Source: Candidatus Saccharimonadia bacterium
Lineage (GTDB): Bacteria; Patescibacteriota; Saccharimonadia; Saccharimonadales; UBA4665
DNA length: 64,000 nucleotides
NCBI GenBank assembly: GCA_963810525.1
Contig: CAWENB010000006.1
Location: forward strand, 40,175-104,174
Reading direction: 5' to 3'
In this document: positions 53,573 through 62,272 of the stretch, piece by piece
How the letters are laid out: each line of letters opens with the position of its first letter
How positions within the stretch are numbered: the stretch's first letter is position 1
Program-made: the position numbers and the translations under genes
The notes under the pieces: generated by a model
The model's database searches: none
What the model was told of the DNA's origin: nothing
Seen by the model: only the letters and a program-made list of their open reading frames with translations

Positions 53573-55349
53573 CTTCGGCGACCTCTTTTATTGAAGTTTT
53601 GAGCGGAGCTTCACGCAGCATAAGCGACACAATAAATGTCAAAAAAGCGAATGGCACCGTCAAGAGGAATACGTCGTGGAAAGCGTGTGCAAACGCGTTC
53701 AGAATATCATGCTCGATTTCCGCCGGCAGCTGCGCTAATCCGCTTGTACTCTGCTGCAAACTCTTGGTATTGATGTGCTCGGCCGCAGAAGGCGGCAGGA
53801 ATGCAACAAGATAGTGAGTGAGCCTGGCCGTCAGGATTGCGCCGAAGATAGCGGTGCCGAACGATGCACCCATGCTGCGGAAGAAAGTCACGACCGCCGT
53901 CGCCGTACCCATATCCTTGCGGTTGATAGAGTTCTGGACGGCCAGCGTCATAACCTGCATGTACAGGCCGATACCCATGCCGAGGACTACCATCCAAGAC
54001 GATAGCCGTATTTGCGAAGTCGATAAACTAATATGGCTGAACAACCACAACCCGCAGGCGGTGACAGCCGTCCCGATAATTGGAAAGATGCGGTATTTTC
54101 CGATTTTAGAAATGATACGCCCTGAGGGAATCATTGCGATCATCAAGCCGAAAACCAACGGTAGCATGAACAGGCCGGATTTCATGGCGGAGTAGCCGCG
54201 TACGATTTGCTGGTATTCGGGGATGAACGTCATGGCACCGAACATGGCTGCGCCGGAAAGCAATGACAGCAGACAGGACACGGTAAAGATATCGTTTTTG
54301 AAAAGCCGCAAGGGGATTATCGGCTCCTGCGCACGTCGTTCCTGCAGGATAAAGAGCAGGCCTAACAGAACGCCACCGATTCCCAACCCGTAAATCTGGT
54401 TACTGTTCCAGGCATAGGTCGCGCCGCCTAATACTGTCACCAACAACAAGCACAAGACGCTGCCGGCAAGCAGTATCGCGCCCGGGAAGTCGATCCGGTG
54501 CTGAATTTTGCGGAACGGCAAATGTAATCTCGCCGCAATTACCGACAAGGCAATTAATCCAAGCGGGATGTTAATGTAGAAAATCCAGCGCCAACTGAGC
54601 TGGTCGGTAAAGAGTCCGCCCAACAGCGGCCCGATGATGCTCGAGAGCGCCCACACGCCGCCGAAATAACCTTGGTACCGGCCACGCTGTCGCGGCGGAA
54701 TGATGTCGCCGATAATCGCGAACACCAGCGCCATCAGGCCGCCGGCGCCGACGCCTTGCAGCCCGCGGAAAGCAATCAGCTGTCCCATGTTCTGTGATAT
54801 TCCGCAAAGCGCTGAGCCGATGAGGAAGATGACTATTGCTGTCTGGAATACCTTTTTTCTGCCAAGTTGATCGCTGATTTTGCCGTACAGCGGCGTGACG
54901 ACCGCGCTGGCTATTAGATATGAGGTGACGACCCACGACAATTTATTTAACCCGTTCAAGTCGACGGCGATGCGCGGCAGGGCGGTACTGACAATGGTCT
55001 GATCAAGCGCGGCCAGCAGCATGGCGAGCATTAACGCCACGACCACGACCATGATTTCGGCATGGCTGCGCTCGCCGTCATGTTCGGCTGGTTGAACCGG
55101 TGTGGCATTCTGTGTCGTCGGGGAAGTAGTCTGAATCGGAGCGATTGCTGCTACCGGAGCTGATTGAGCCGGCCTTGGTTGCGGACGCTGGGCGGCATGC
55201 GGCGTGATGGTTTGCACCGGCATGGTATTGACTCTTGGCATTCGGCTTTTTCGGCGCGGCATGATATCGCTGATCAGCCTGCGGCTGGGTTTGTTTTCGG
55301 GACTCACGAGACTTTCTCCTTTTTCATTAGGCTTTTGGTTTGTGGGCAA
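53529..55349 (-). CDS. MFS transporter, DHA2 (EmrB/QacA, 14-TMS) type, with a Pro/Gln-rich N-terminal extension
   Basis: LDQTIVSTALPRIAVDLNG, GKISDQLGRKK and about 14 hydrophobic segments. The start is uncertain because several internal Met codons precede the first TM segment. Confidence 0.85.
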   Translation of the reverse strand: MPTNQKPNEKGESLVSPENKPSRRLISDIMPRRKSRMPRVNTMPVQTITPHAAQRPQPRPAQSAPVAAIAPIQTTSPTTQNATPVQPAEHDGERSHAEIMVVVVALMLAMLLAALDQTIVSTALPRIAVDLNGLNKLSWVVTSYLIASAVVTPLYGKISDQLGRKKVFQTAIVIFLIGSALCGISQNMGQLIAFRGLQGVGAGGLMALVFAIIGDIIPPRQRGRYQGYFGGVWALSSIIGPLLGGLFTDQLSWRWIFYINIPLGLIALSVIAARLHLPFRKIQHRIDFPGAILLAGSVLCLLLVTVLGGATYAWNSNQIYGLGIGGVLLGLLFILQERRAQEPIIPLRLFKNDIFTVSCLLSLLSGAAMFGAMTFIPEYQQIVRGYSAMKSGLFMLPLVFGLMIAMIPSGRIISKIGKYRIFPIIGTAVTACGLWLFSHISLSTSQIRLSSWMVVLGMGIGLYMQVMTLAVQNSINRKDMGTATAVVTFFRSMGASFGTAIFGAILTARLTHYLVAFLPPSAAEHINTKSLQQSTSGLAQLPAEIEHDILNAFAHAFHDVFLLTVPFAFLTFIVSLMLREAPLKTSIKEVAEGESFDGHQSQHVYE

Positions 55350-55783
55350 GCGTTTTCCAGGTATGCCTGTATTTTCAGCTGCACGTGCAGAAAAGTTTGC
55401 AGTTCTTCATCGTCTAAATCGGTCACAACCTCGGTAAGGAGCCGTTCCTTGACGCGCTTTACTTCGTGTATTTTTTCCCGGGCCGTGTCGGTAAGCGTCA
55501 CAACGCTGACCCGCCGGTCCTGTGTACTGGGTTCGCGGTCAACATAGCCGACTTGAACCAGGCTGTCGACCAGCTGGGTAATCGCACCGGGCGTTAAGTG
55601 CATGGCTTCAGCCAGCTTTTTAAGGCTGACCGGCTGCATGTTTTCAATGAGATTGAGGAGGTGGACTTGTGAGGGCGCGACGCCCAGAGCGACAAACGCA
55701 CGGTGCATAAAACCATGCATCAGCCGCTGCGTCATGGCGTTGACTTCGAACAATTCCTGGATAATTTCAACTCGACTGCTCAT
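55304..55783 (-). CDS. MarR-family transcriptional regulator
   Basis: Winged-HTH region LKKLAEAMHLTPGAITQLVDSLVQVGYVDREPSTQDRR. Confidence 0.85.
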   Translation of the reverse strand: MSSRVEIIQELFEVNAMTQRLMHGFMHRAFVALGVAPSQVHLLNLIENMQPVSLKKLAEAMHLTPGAITQLVDSLVQVGYVDREPSTQDRRVSVVTLTDTAREKIHEVKRVKERLLTEVVTDLDDEELQTFLHVQLKIQAYLENACPQTKSLMKKEKVS

Positions 55784-55790
55784 TTTAGAA

Positions 55791-55825
55791 TAGTTTACCT
55801 TATATATAATATAGCAGGTAAACTA
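55791..55825. promoter_or_regulatory. Perfect 10-bp inverted repeat (putative MarR operator) just upstream of marR
   Basis: TAGTTTACCT (55791-55800) and AGGTAAACTA (55816-55825), separated by a 15-nt AT-rich spacer containing tataat-like sequence. Confidence 0.5.
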
Positions 55826-55852
55826 ATTTGGTGTCAAAATTTTTTATATGTT

Positions 55853-56464
55853 TTAGGCGGCTTGATTGCTAACTTGACCACGATTTCGAGCTGTGGTTGC
55901 GGCAGCTCTCTGACTCCTTTGGCGCGGGATGGGGGATGTCGGAAATTCAGCCCAGACAATTTTACTCACCAGGAGACCCGATGCGGCGCGGCAGTACGAA
56001 AATCCGCTATTATCTGAAATTGAACGTACCAAAGTGTAGCCGTTTCCGTACTCATCGTACTCATCAGCCTCACTACTGCGCCCGGATTCCCCCCATGCGG
56101 GCTTATCTTCGTAACCGACTAATAGGCTCAATCTTGTGGCGGTAATACCTATCATAGCCGCGCGGATACCGCCACCGTGCAGTTGCGCATTAGTTCCCAT
56201 TTCTGAAGACGCTAATCTAACATTATCAGAATTAACGGTGCGGCGATAACTACTTACTAGTTCACGGCTACGGTCTACGACTACATTTCTCATTGCGCCG
56301 ACAAGTGCCAAGCCAACCTCTGTATCATCAGGTAGCTCTCCGGCAACAAGGTTAAGCATCAGCCCAGCCGGAACAATCATTTCCACGTTTAATAAGTCGT
56401 CGGGCAACGCTCGCTCATCAATAGGTGGGGTAAATTCTGCTGCTTCAGCTGCCATACGTTTCAA
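55853..56464 (-). CDS. Hypothetical protein (about 200 aa)
   Basis: ORF only. The likely start is ATG 56455 (MAAEAAEF...). Confidence 0.45.
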   Translation of the reverse strand: MKRMAAEAAEFTPPIDERALPDDLLNVEMIVPAGLMLNLVAGELPDDTEVGLALVGAMRNVVVDRSRELVSSYRRTVNSDNVRLASSEMGTNAQLHGGGIRAAMIGITATRLSLLVGYEDKPAWGESGRSSEADEYDEYGNGYTLVRSISDNSGFSYCRAASGLLVSKIVWAEFPTSPIPRQRSQRAAATTARNRGQVSNQAA

Positions 56465-56635
56465 TCACTCTCAGCTGTTCTGTTGAACATAGCAAAAAAG
56501 CCGTTTAAATTTAATAAATAATTCTTACAATATTAACAAAACAATTCAGTATGTACGTTTTTGGGGTTTTGGTTTTCTTGAAATTTTTATCTCTGCCTAT
56601 AGTAGTAGCACCATTTCATTGGCTTGGCAATGATT

Positions 56636-57436
56636 TCATGGCAAAATCGAGGATAAGCTCATCGGCTCATGCAATTCAGCCTCATCAGCTGTACGGTGCG
56701 ATCGCCACAGATGGAGAGCCGCAGCTCCGACCAATAAGGCGGTCGGTGCGCCGATGACTAATTCCAGCCCAGTAAAGAGTTGCGCACCGCGCTCAACGGA
56801 ATCGATGACCGATTGGCCGATATCAAGTTGGGCGCTAACTGGCATAATCCCGTGATGCTGCGCCATAAGTTGTTTAGCGGTAAATGGCTTGCCTGATCCA
56901 TATAGCTGGTAAAGGTCACCGGGCCGGCGATCACCGGCGATAACGTCGCAAACTCCCTTTACGGACAGGAGGGCAGTAGTAGCTACGGCCGTAAGCGCTC
57001 CGACACGTGATGCCATGGTTCGTGTTTGAGGTCGCTGAAAGACAGTTTCGATACGTGCCGAGATCTTGCCAATCGTTGCCGTGGCGCGTTGAAGAATTTC
57101 TGTGCCACGGCGCCGCCTACTCTCGGTACGGCGAGTCGGTATAACTGTCGCGAAATGGGCCGGTGCGATTACAGCGTCATCGGCCGCCACCTGACTTTCG
57201 GTCGTACCTCCGGCCACTCGGCCCAATGGCTCATTCCGAGCGTCGGCGATACTGAGGCAAGTTTCGGCCAGCGTGTGCAGGTCGGTTGCAGACTGTTGCT
57301 GACGCAACTCTAAGTCCGAATCACGTAAGCCGAGCGCTACCCGAAGGCTGTCAAAGGAGATTGCCGTTGCCGGCGCAACGGCAAAAAGCGTGGCATCGTC
57401 GCTGGTTATTTCGGCACCGGCTGCTGCTTCAGCCAT
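56636..57436 (-). CDS. Hypothetical protein (266 aa) with a C-terminal hydrophobic segment
   Basis: AGGAGG lies 11 nt upstream of the ATG. The protein begins MAEAAAGAE.... No motif. Confidence 0.5.
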   Translation of the reverse strand: MAEAAAGAEITSDDATLFAVAPATAISFDSLRVALGLRDSDLELRQQQSATDLHTLAETCLSIADARNEPLGRVAGGTTESQVAADDAVIAPAHFATVIPTRRTESRRRRGTEILQRATATIGKISARIETVFQRPQTRTMASRVGALTAVATTALLSVKGVCDVIAGDRRPGDLYQLYGSGKPFTAKQLMAQHHGIMPVSAQLDIGQSVIDSVERGAQLFTGLELVIGAPTALLVGAAALHLWRSHRTADEAELHEPMSLSSILP

Positions 57437-57667
57437 TTGACGCTAACCCTCCTATAAAAAATACTAAGTAATCAAAAGCGGTTTACATTATATATTATTA
57501 ATATATAAAAAATTATGTCAATATATTGAATATTTCAAAAGCATCGCTAATATCATATCAAGAACTTGTTTGAACCTGTGGATAAATAATCTCATACGGC
57601 TTGCAACCCTTAGGGAGGGTGCTACTATAAAAATGTAAGTAAATTTAATTATTGGGAGGGCAAGATT

Positions 57668-58018
57668 ATGAACTTACAAGCTTTTATTGAGGAAAAAATC
57701 ACGAAATACCGCTTGGCATTGAGCGGTCTTATTGTGTTTATAGGGGCAATGGCCGCTATGACGGGCGGAGCAGCGGCCATGTCCTACGGGGGCAATGGGG
57801 ACAATCATTATAACGGCGGTTATGATAACAGTTCCTGTTATAACTCATGCGGTTCCTATCGGTCGTACGACGACTATAACAGTTCGCCATGCCAGCACAA
57901 TTACTACCAGCAGTATAGCGATGACAACAGTAATTGCCCAAGGTATGTCCAGAGCAATTGCGATCACAATGGTGACGGCTACTATTACAACGGCTGCCAG
58001 CACCCCTGCGATAATTAG
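57668..58018 (+). CDS. Small secreted Tyr/Asn/Asp/Ser/Cys-rich protein
   Basis: RBS GGGAGGG. Signal-anchor LSGLIVFIGAMAAMTGGAAA. The ~78-aa mature part has 7 Cys and many Y/N/D/S. Confidence 0.55.
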   Translation: MNLQAFIEEKITKYRLALSGLIVFIGAMAAMTGGAAAMSYGGNGDNHYNGGYDNSSCYNSCGSYRSYDDYNSSPCQHNYYQQYSDDNSNCPRYVQSNCDHNGDGYYYNGCQHPCDN

Positions 58019-58048
58019 TAATGTAACTTTAATGGCAGCTAATCGCTG

Positions 58049-58612
58049 CTAACCGGCCTTGGCCACAGTCCGTATGAGTAATGCGGCGAACGCCAGGCCG
58101 GTTATTATTTGAGCAATCAATAAAATATGTAGCCAGCCTGACAATGAGGCGAGCGCCAGAAGTGAACCGGCCAACTGTAGACATAAAAATGACAAATTTA
58201 CTATGTCGCGGTAAAGCTTAACAAACCAACTGCCGGCTGCCAGCTCGGCAATGAATAATAGTATCGCGAAAAAAATATGCAACTTGTCGAATGTCGGGTT
58301 AAGTTGGTAGGGATATGTTGAGAGCAGTACTGCAAAAAGCAATGCGCTGATCAATTTCATGATACGTATTAATGTAAGCCCGCTCGCGGACGCTGACGGC
58401 AGGGACCGGGCGGACAACCACATCAGCACGCTGCCGAGACCGAACGCCAGGGTATATGGAACGATGGTGCGTATATGAACGCCATAATTGCTGACCCCGA
58501 CCTCATCGCGTTCAAATATGAATTTCGGCATAAGCAATGTGCATACCAATAAGAAGCCGAACAGGCAAATCTGACTGCAGACTACGAAACGAACCGCTTT
58601 GGACTTTTGCAT
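58049..58612 (-). CDS. Integral membrane protein (5-6 TM), unknown function
   Basis: Hydrophobic throughout, with no motif. Confidence 0.5.
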   Translation of the reverse strand: MQKSKAVRFVVCSQICLFGFLLVCTLLMPKFIFERDEVGVSNYGVHIRTIVPYTLAFGLGSVLMWLSARSLPSASASGLTLIRIMKLISALLFAVLLSTYPYQLNPTFDKLHIFFAILLFIAELAAGSWFVKLYRDIVNLSFLCLQLAGSLLALASLSGWLHILLIAQIITGLAFAALLIRTVAKAG

Positions 58613-58702
58613 AAACCGATTGCCGTAAGCTGATGGTGGACATTACTAATAGTGCGCTAGTCAAAGATGCCTTGTCAAAAACTTTACATCATCTTGCTAC
58701 GG

Positions 58703-59239
58703 TTACGACAAGCTGTCGCACCCGGCAGCTTTGCCGGCAGTAATACTGTCAGCCGCGTACGGAGAGGTGTTCGACCTTGACTGTTTCGGAAAACGATAAG
58801 CATAATTGCAGACTTGACTCCAGGTTGCAGGTGCGACAACGCCATTAGCAGTAAGCGGAGCAGTTGCGCCTTCCTGCTTGTTGTAGCAGTTGAGCCAGGA
58901 CTGCACGCTTTTTACTTGTTGCGTCGTTTCGCCGTCGAATGTGCCATTCTCGGTAACTCTTTGAGCATTAGTAAACGGGCACTCGCTGAGAGCGTCGGTT
59001 TCCAGAAAGTTTACCATCGTCTGAATATCCTTCACGCAGGCGCCGGAGTTGCCCGACGTAAAGGTCTGGGAAACGCAGCCGGTTGCGGAGTTTGATGGCT
59101 TACCTGATTGGTGGTGATGAAGCGTCAAAGTAATGCCTGCTATGGCTAAAAGGATCAATACGATACACACGATAAATATTTTTCGTCCAGGGCCGTCTGA
59201 GGTCTTCGCGAAGTTAGTATCTTGTAAATTTTGTGTCAT
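58703..59239 (-). CDS. Membrane-anchored protein with a peptidoglycan-binding (PG_binding_1-like) domain
   Basis: N-terminal TM segment, then GACVKDIQTMVNFL...NGTFDGETTQQVKSVQSWL...ANGVVAPATWSQV, which fits the G..V..lQ..L...DG.fG..T..av..fQ...G.v...Tw pattern. Confidence 0.45.
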   Translation of the reverse strand: MTQNLQDTNFAKTSDGPGRKIFIVCIVLILLAIAGITLTLHHHQSGKPSNSATGCVSQTFTSGNSGACVKDIQTMVNFLETDALSECPFTNAQRVTENGTFDGETTQQVKSVQSWLNCYNKQEGATAPLTANGVVAPATWSQVCNYAYRFPKQSRSNTSPYAADSITAGKAAGCDSLS

Positions 59240-59321
59240 AGCCGTTGATTATAGTATGCTTTGGCCCGTCTAGCTACATGATCGTCATCCGCTAAGTCGG
59301 TCCGTGTATTGCAACAAGCGG

Positions 59322-60011
59322 CTATTCTTCTAATCGAAGCGGGCGGGTAATGGTGCTTGGGAGTAATCTGACAAAGCAGACGGCCATGAGTCCGAGCGCA
59401 AAACCGCCGAGAATATCTACAGGGGCGTGAACGCCAAGATAGAGCCGGGACCAGGCGACGGCCAGTATCCATACTACTGATACCCAGCGCCATTGCTTGG
59501 GTAAAATAAACCATAGCGTCAGTGCCAGAGCGGTTGCTGCTGACTCGTGACCAGAAGGGAATCCGGGACCGGTTTCGACAACGCGCTGATGCAGATTGCC
59601 GTGCAGCATGGCGACGGGCCGCGGTTCGTTAATAATTTTCTTAACGACATAAAACACCGCAACCGTACCGCCGGCCGTAAATGCGAAACGCCAGGCCAGA
59701 TGAAATTTTTTTAGGAGGAGCGATATCAAAACACAGGCGGCAATAGCCCACGCTGCGCCTAACGCTTCCGTTCCCCAACGGGCGGCAGTCGTGAAAAATG
59801 GTGGTAAATTCAAATTGTTAATTGCGTGAAAGATGCTGGCCTGTACGCCGGTAAGCGTGTGGGAATGCGCCGGAATAGCGCAGGCGATAAATATAAGCAG
59901 TCCGATGCCGAAAGCAAGCCATAACCAGCGTTTATTTTCTGCCGCGGAATCAATTTCAGTACGCTGTTCGTCCCGCCTCGCCGCGTGTAAGTGGTTGGTG
60001 TATGTGACCAT
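59322..60011 (-). CDS. PAP2-family lipid phosphatase (undecaprenyl-diphosphatase / phosphatidate phosphatase type)
   Basis: KKIINEPRP (KxxxxxxRP), PSGH, SRLYLGVHAPVD (SRxxxxxHxxxD). Confidence 0.85.
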   Translation of the reverse strand: MVTYTNHLHAARRDEQRTEIDSAAENKRWLWLAFGIGLLIFIACAIPAHSHTLTGVQASIFHAINNLNLPPFFTTAARWGTEALGAAWAIAACVLISLLLKKFHLAWRFAFTAGGTVAVFYVVKKIINEPRPVAMLHGNLHQRVVETGPGFPSGHESAATALALTLWFILPKQWRWVSVVWILAVAWSRLYLGVHAPVDILGGFALGLMAVCFVRLLPSTITRPLRLEE

Positions 60012-60249
60012 AACGTCCTACCAGTTTACCATGAATCGGGCGCTAGTTGGCTGCTATAAGCCATCAGTCCGCCGATAACGATTGGTAATAAAACCGAAGT
60101 TTTGTAACGGTAACAACAGGGGTAATGCAGATCGATGTAATTTCGGCTATGTTTCAGCAGTGCCCTAAATATTCAGAAAACTTGGCGGCGGAATGCAGAC
60201 GTGAAATAATTATGTCTAAGCAGTAACTTGGGGAAATTGGTAAAACACG

Positions 60250-60741
60250 GTGAAGCTCACGAAATCAGTCTATATAGCTGGGGCGCTAACGGATATGAGT
60301 GAAGAAGAGCGAGCGGCCTTACGCAATTTTTATGAAGAGCTGGGACAAGTGTGCCGGGAATCCGGTCTTGAGCCCTACATTCCGCACCATCACGGCGACC
60401 CGAAGCGCATGACGCACTTAACGCCGAAAGACGTCGACCGGATCGATCGCTTGGCGGTTACGCAGGCGTACCTGGTAGTGGCTTATGTCGGTGTGCCGTC
60501 GATCGGCGTGGGGATCGAAGTCGAGCTGGCGCATCATGCTGACAAGCCGGTCGTGCTTTTATATGAGAAAACCAAACTCGACGAGCGAAGGATTACCCGA
60601 CTAGTGCGCGGCAATCCGGCGATTGCGCGGGAGATTGCGTTTACGGATTTCGCTGATGCGCTTAATGGCTTACGTGAATTCCTCGGCGAATTTCAGGCAA
60701 CCATTAGTGCCGAGGCACTGCCGCTGCCGCTTAGTTTATAG
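60250..60741 (+). CDS. Nucleoside 2-deoxyribosyltransferase-like protein
   Basis: VYIAGAL near the N-terminus and [19 protein letters not shown] (compare GT.fEiG.A.a.gKPv). Motif-level only. Confidence 0.45.
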   Translation: MKLTKSVYIAGALTDMSEEERAALRNFYEELGQVCRESGLEPYIPHHHGDPKRMTHLTPKDVDRIDRLAVTQAYLVVAYVGVPSIGVGIEVELAHHADKPVVLLYEKTKLDERRITRLVRGNPAIAREIAFTDFADALNGLREFLGEFQATISAEALPLPLSL

Positions 60742-61120
60742 AAAAGGGAAAATAAACGAGGAATATTTGAGCGAGCTGCCGGCTTTCGTCATGGACAGCC
60801 GGTCGAAACTCGAAGCCTGGCCGGCGGTTCGTGACCATAGCGACGGCGAGCGCCGGCCCGGCTTGTCGCTACCCGAACACGGCTACCATGCGCCGAACGA
60901 ATACTTTGGTTGGCGGCAGGCCTCCGGCGGTATCAAAATGTTGGCCGGCAATTTTGCCGAAATCGCCTAGCTGGCTTCGGCATAGGGCGGCATATTCATC
61001 GTTTCCAGCTACATCTAACAGGCTTTTTGTAATAGAAACTGCGGTGAACTGAAGACTCCATCAAATACTGCCTTCACTAAGGGTTTATACGGATTAATCG
61101 AGGCGTTACACTACATAATT

Positions 61121-61810
61121 ATGTGGCGGCGGGAAACGGTCCAATACCGGTTTGAAACTCCATATGGGAAATACGAAGTAGTCGACATGGCCTATAATGG
61201 CCGGCCAGCGCGCCTTTTGTTCGGCGGTGACGGGTCGGCGGCAATGTCGGGCATTGCGCAGGATGACAACCCCGAACTTTTGTTCGATTACAATCAACGC
61301 TTCATGGAATTCATTATGGCCAGTCAGCCACGCAATCTATTGCTTATCGGCGGCGGTGTATTTACTTTACCCATGGCTATTCGGAGGCAAGTGTCGCAGA
61401 TGCGTATTGACGCCGTTGAACCTGATGAAAAACTTATCGAAGTGGCCAAACAGTTCTTCGGTCTGTATGTCAGCCGGCGACTCCACATTATCGTGGGCGA
61501 CGGCTATTCGTATTTGGCGGTCAACCGGAAGCGGTACGATTGCATCATCGTCGATGCTTTTGATGCGATCGCGGTTCCTGAGTCTATAATATCGCCGGAT
61601 GCAATTACGCAAATGTATTGCAACCTGCAACCGAATGGTTTTGTGGCTATGAATGTTATCGCACCCGGACGCAGCAGTGCAATTCTCAGAAGATATAAGA
61701 CGGCATATGAAAAGCGGTTCCGATACGTCGCGATATTTCAGGCTGATATCAACGAACCTCTGGAAAAGTCGCAAAATTTCGTAATCGTGGCCCGCAGCAT
61801 TACGGCGTAG
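61121..61810 (+). CDS. Spermidine-synthase-like (class I SAM-dependent aminopropyl/methyl-transferase fold) protein
   Basis: LLLIGGGVFTLP, IDAVEPDEKLIEVAKQFF, YDCIIVDAFD, LQPNGFVAMNV. Confidence 0.6.
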   Translation: MWRRETVQYRFETPYGKYEVVDMAYNGRPARLLFGGDGSAAMSGIAQDDNPELLFDYNQRFMEFIMASQPRNLLLIGGGVFTLPMAIRRQVSQMRIDAVEPDEKLIEVAKQFFGLYVSRRLHIIVGDGYSYLAVNRKRYDCIIVDAFDAIAVPESIISPDAITQMYCNLQPNGFVAMNVIAPGRSSAILRRYKTAYEKRFRYVAIFQADINEPLEKSQNFVIVARSITA

Positions 61811-61826
61811 TGACGCTTGATTGTGA

Positions 61827-62249
61827 TCAATCGGGCTTTTCGGCGCAGAGTGCCAGCACGACGCAATACGCATAGGTTTTGAATTCCGTCCGTCTATGCT
61901 CGTGCCACGCCCACCGCTCAAACAAGAGCGATCCGTACGGCGGTATGCTGGCGATTAAAGCCACCATTGCCCGCGGGCGTGACCAATGGAGTGTCGGATA
62001 CAACCCGACAGATGCCAGTGCATAAGCCAAAAACAGCACACCATGCACATGCCCGGCCAACTGAATTGGAATATTGTCGCTCCAGGTTACGTACCGCTGC
62101 CAGGCAATTGCGACAATGAGCAGCGACCAGCCGCAGGCCTCGCCGATGGCGCTCAAGCGGAAGAGCATCCAACCCTCGCTTTCGGTAAACACCCGGTTAC
62201 GCTCAAACTTTTCGAGAGCCCTTATCCGCATATGGCTATACGGTAGCAC
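61827..62249 (-). CDS. Small integral membrane protein (DUF3817-like)
   Basis: Four hydrophobic segments. The family guess is weak. Confidence 0.4.
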   Translation of the reverse strand: MLPYSHMRIRALEKFERNRVFTESEGWMLFRLSAIGEACGWSLLIVAIAWQRYVTWSDNIPIQLAGHVHGVLFLAYALASVGLYPTLHWSRPRAMVALIASIPPYGSLLFERWAWHEHRRTEFKTYAYCVVLALCAEKPD

Positions 62250-62272
62250 ATTTCGGCTAATGTCAAACAGGA

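Noticed and set aside
60623-60970. 115-aa ORF overlapping the 3' end of 60250-60741 and extending into the next spacer
   Set aside because: It overlaps a better-supported gene in another frame. Only its distal ~59 codons (from ATG 60791) are free, and they have no RBS or motif.
61367-61921. 184-aa minus-strand ORF
   Set aside because: It is antisense to the spermidine-synthase-like gene, which has clear SAM-fold motifs.
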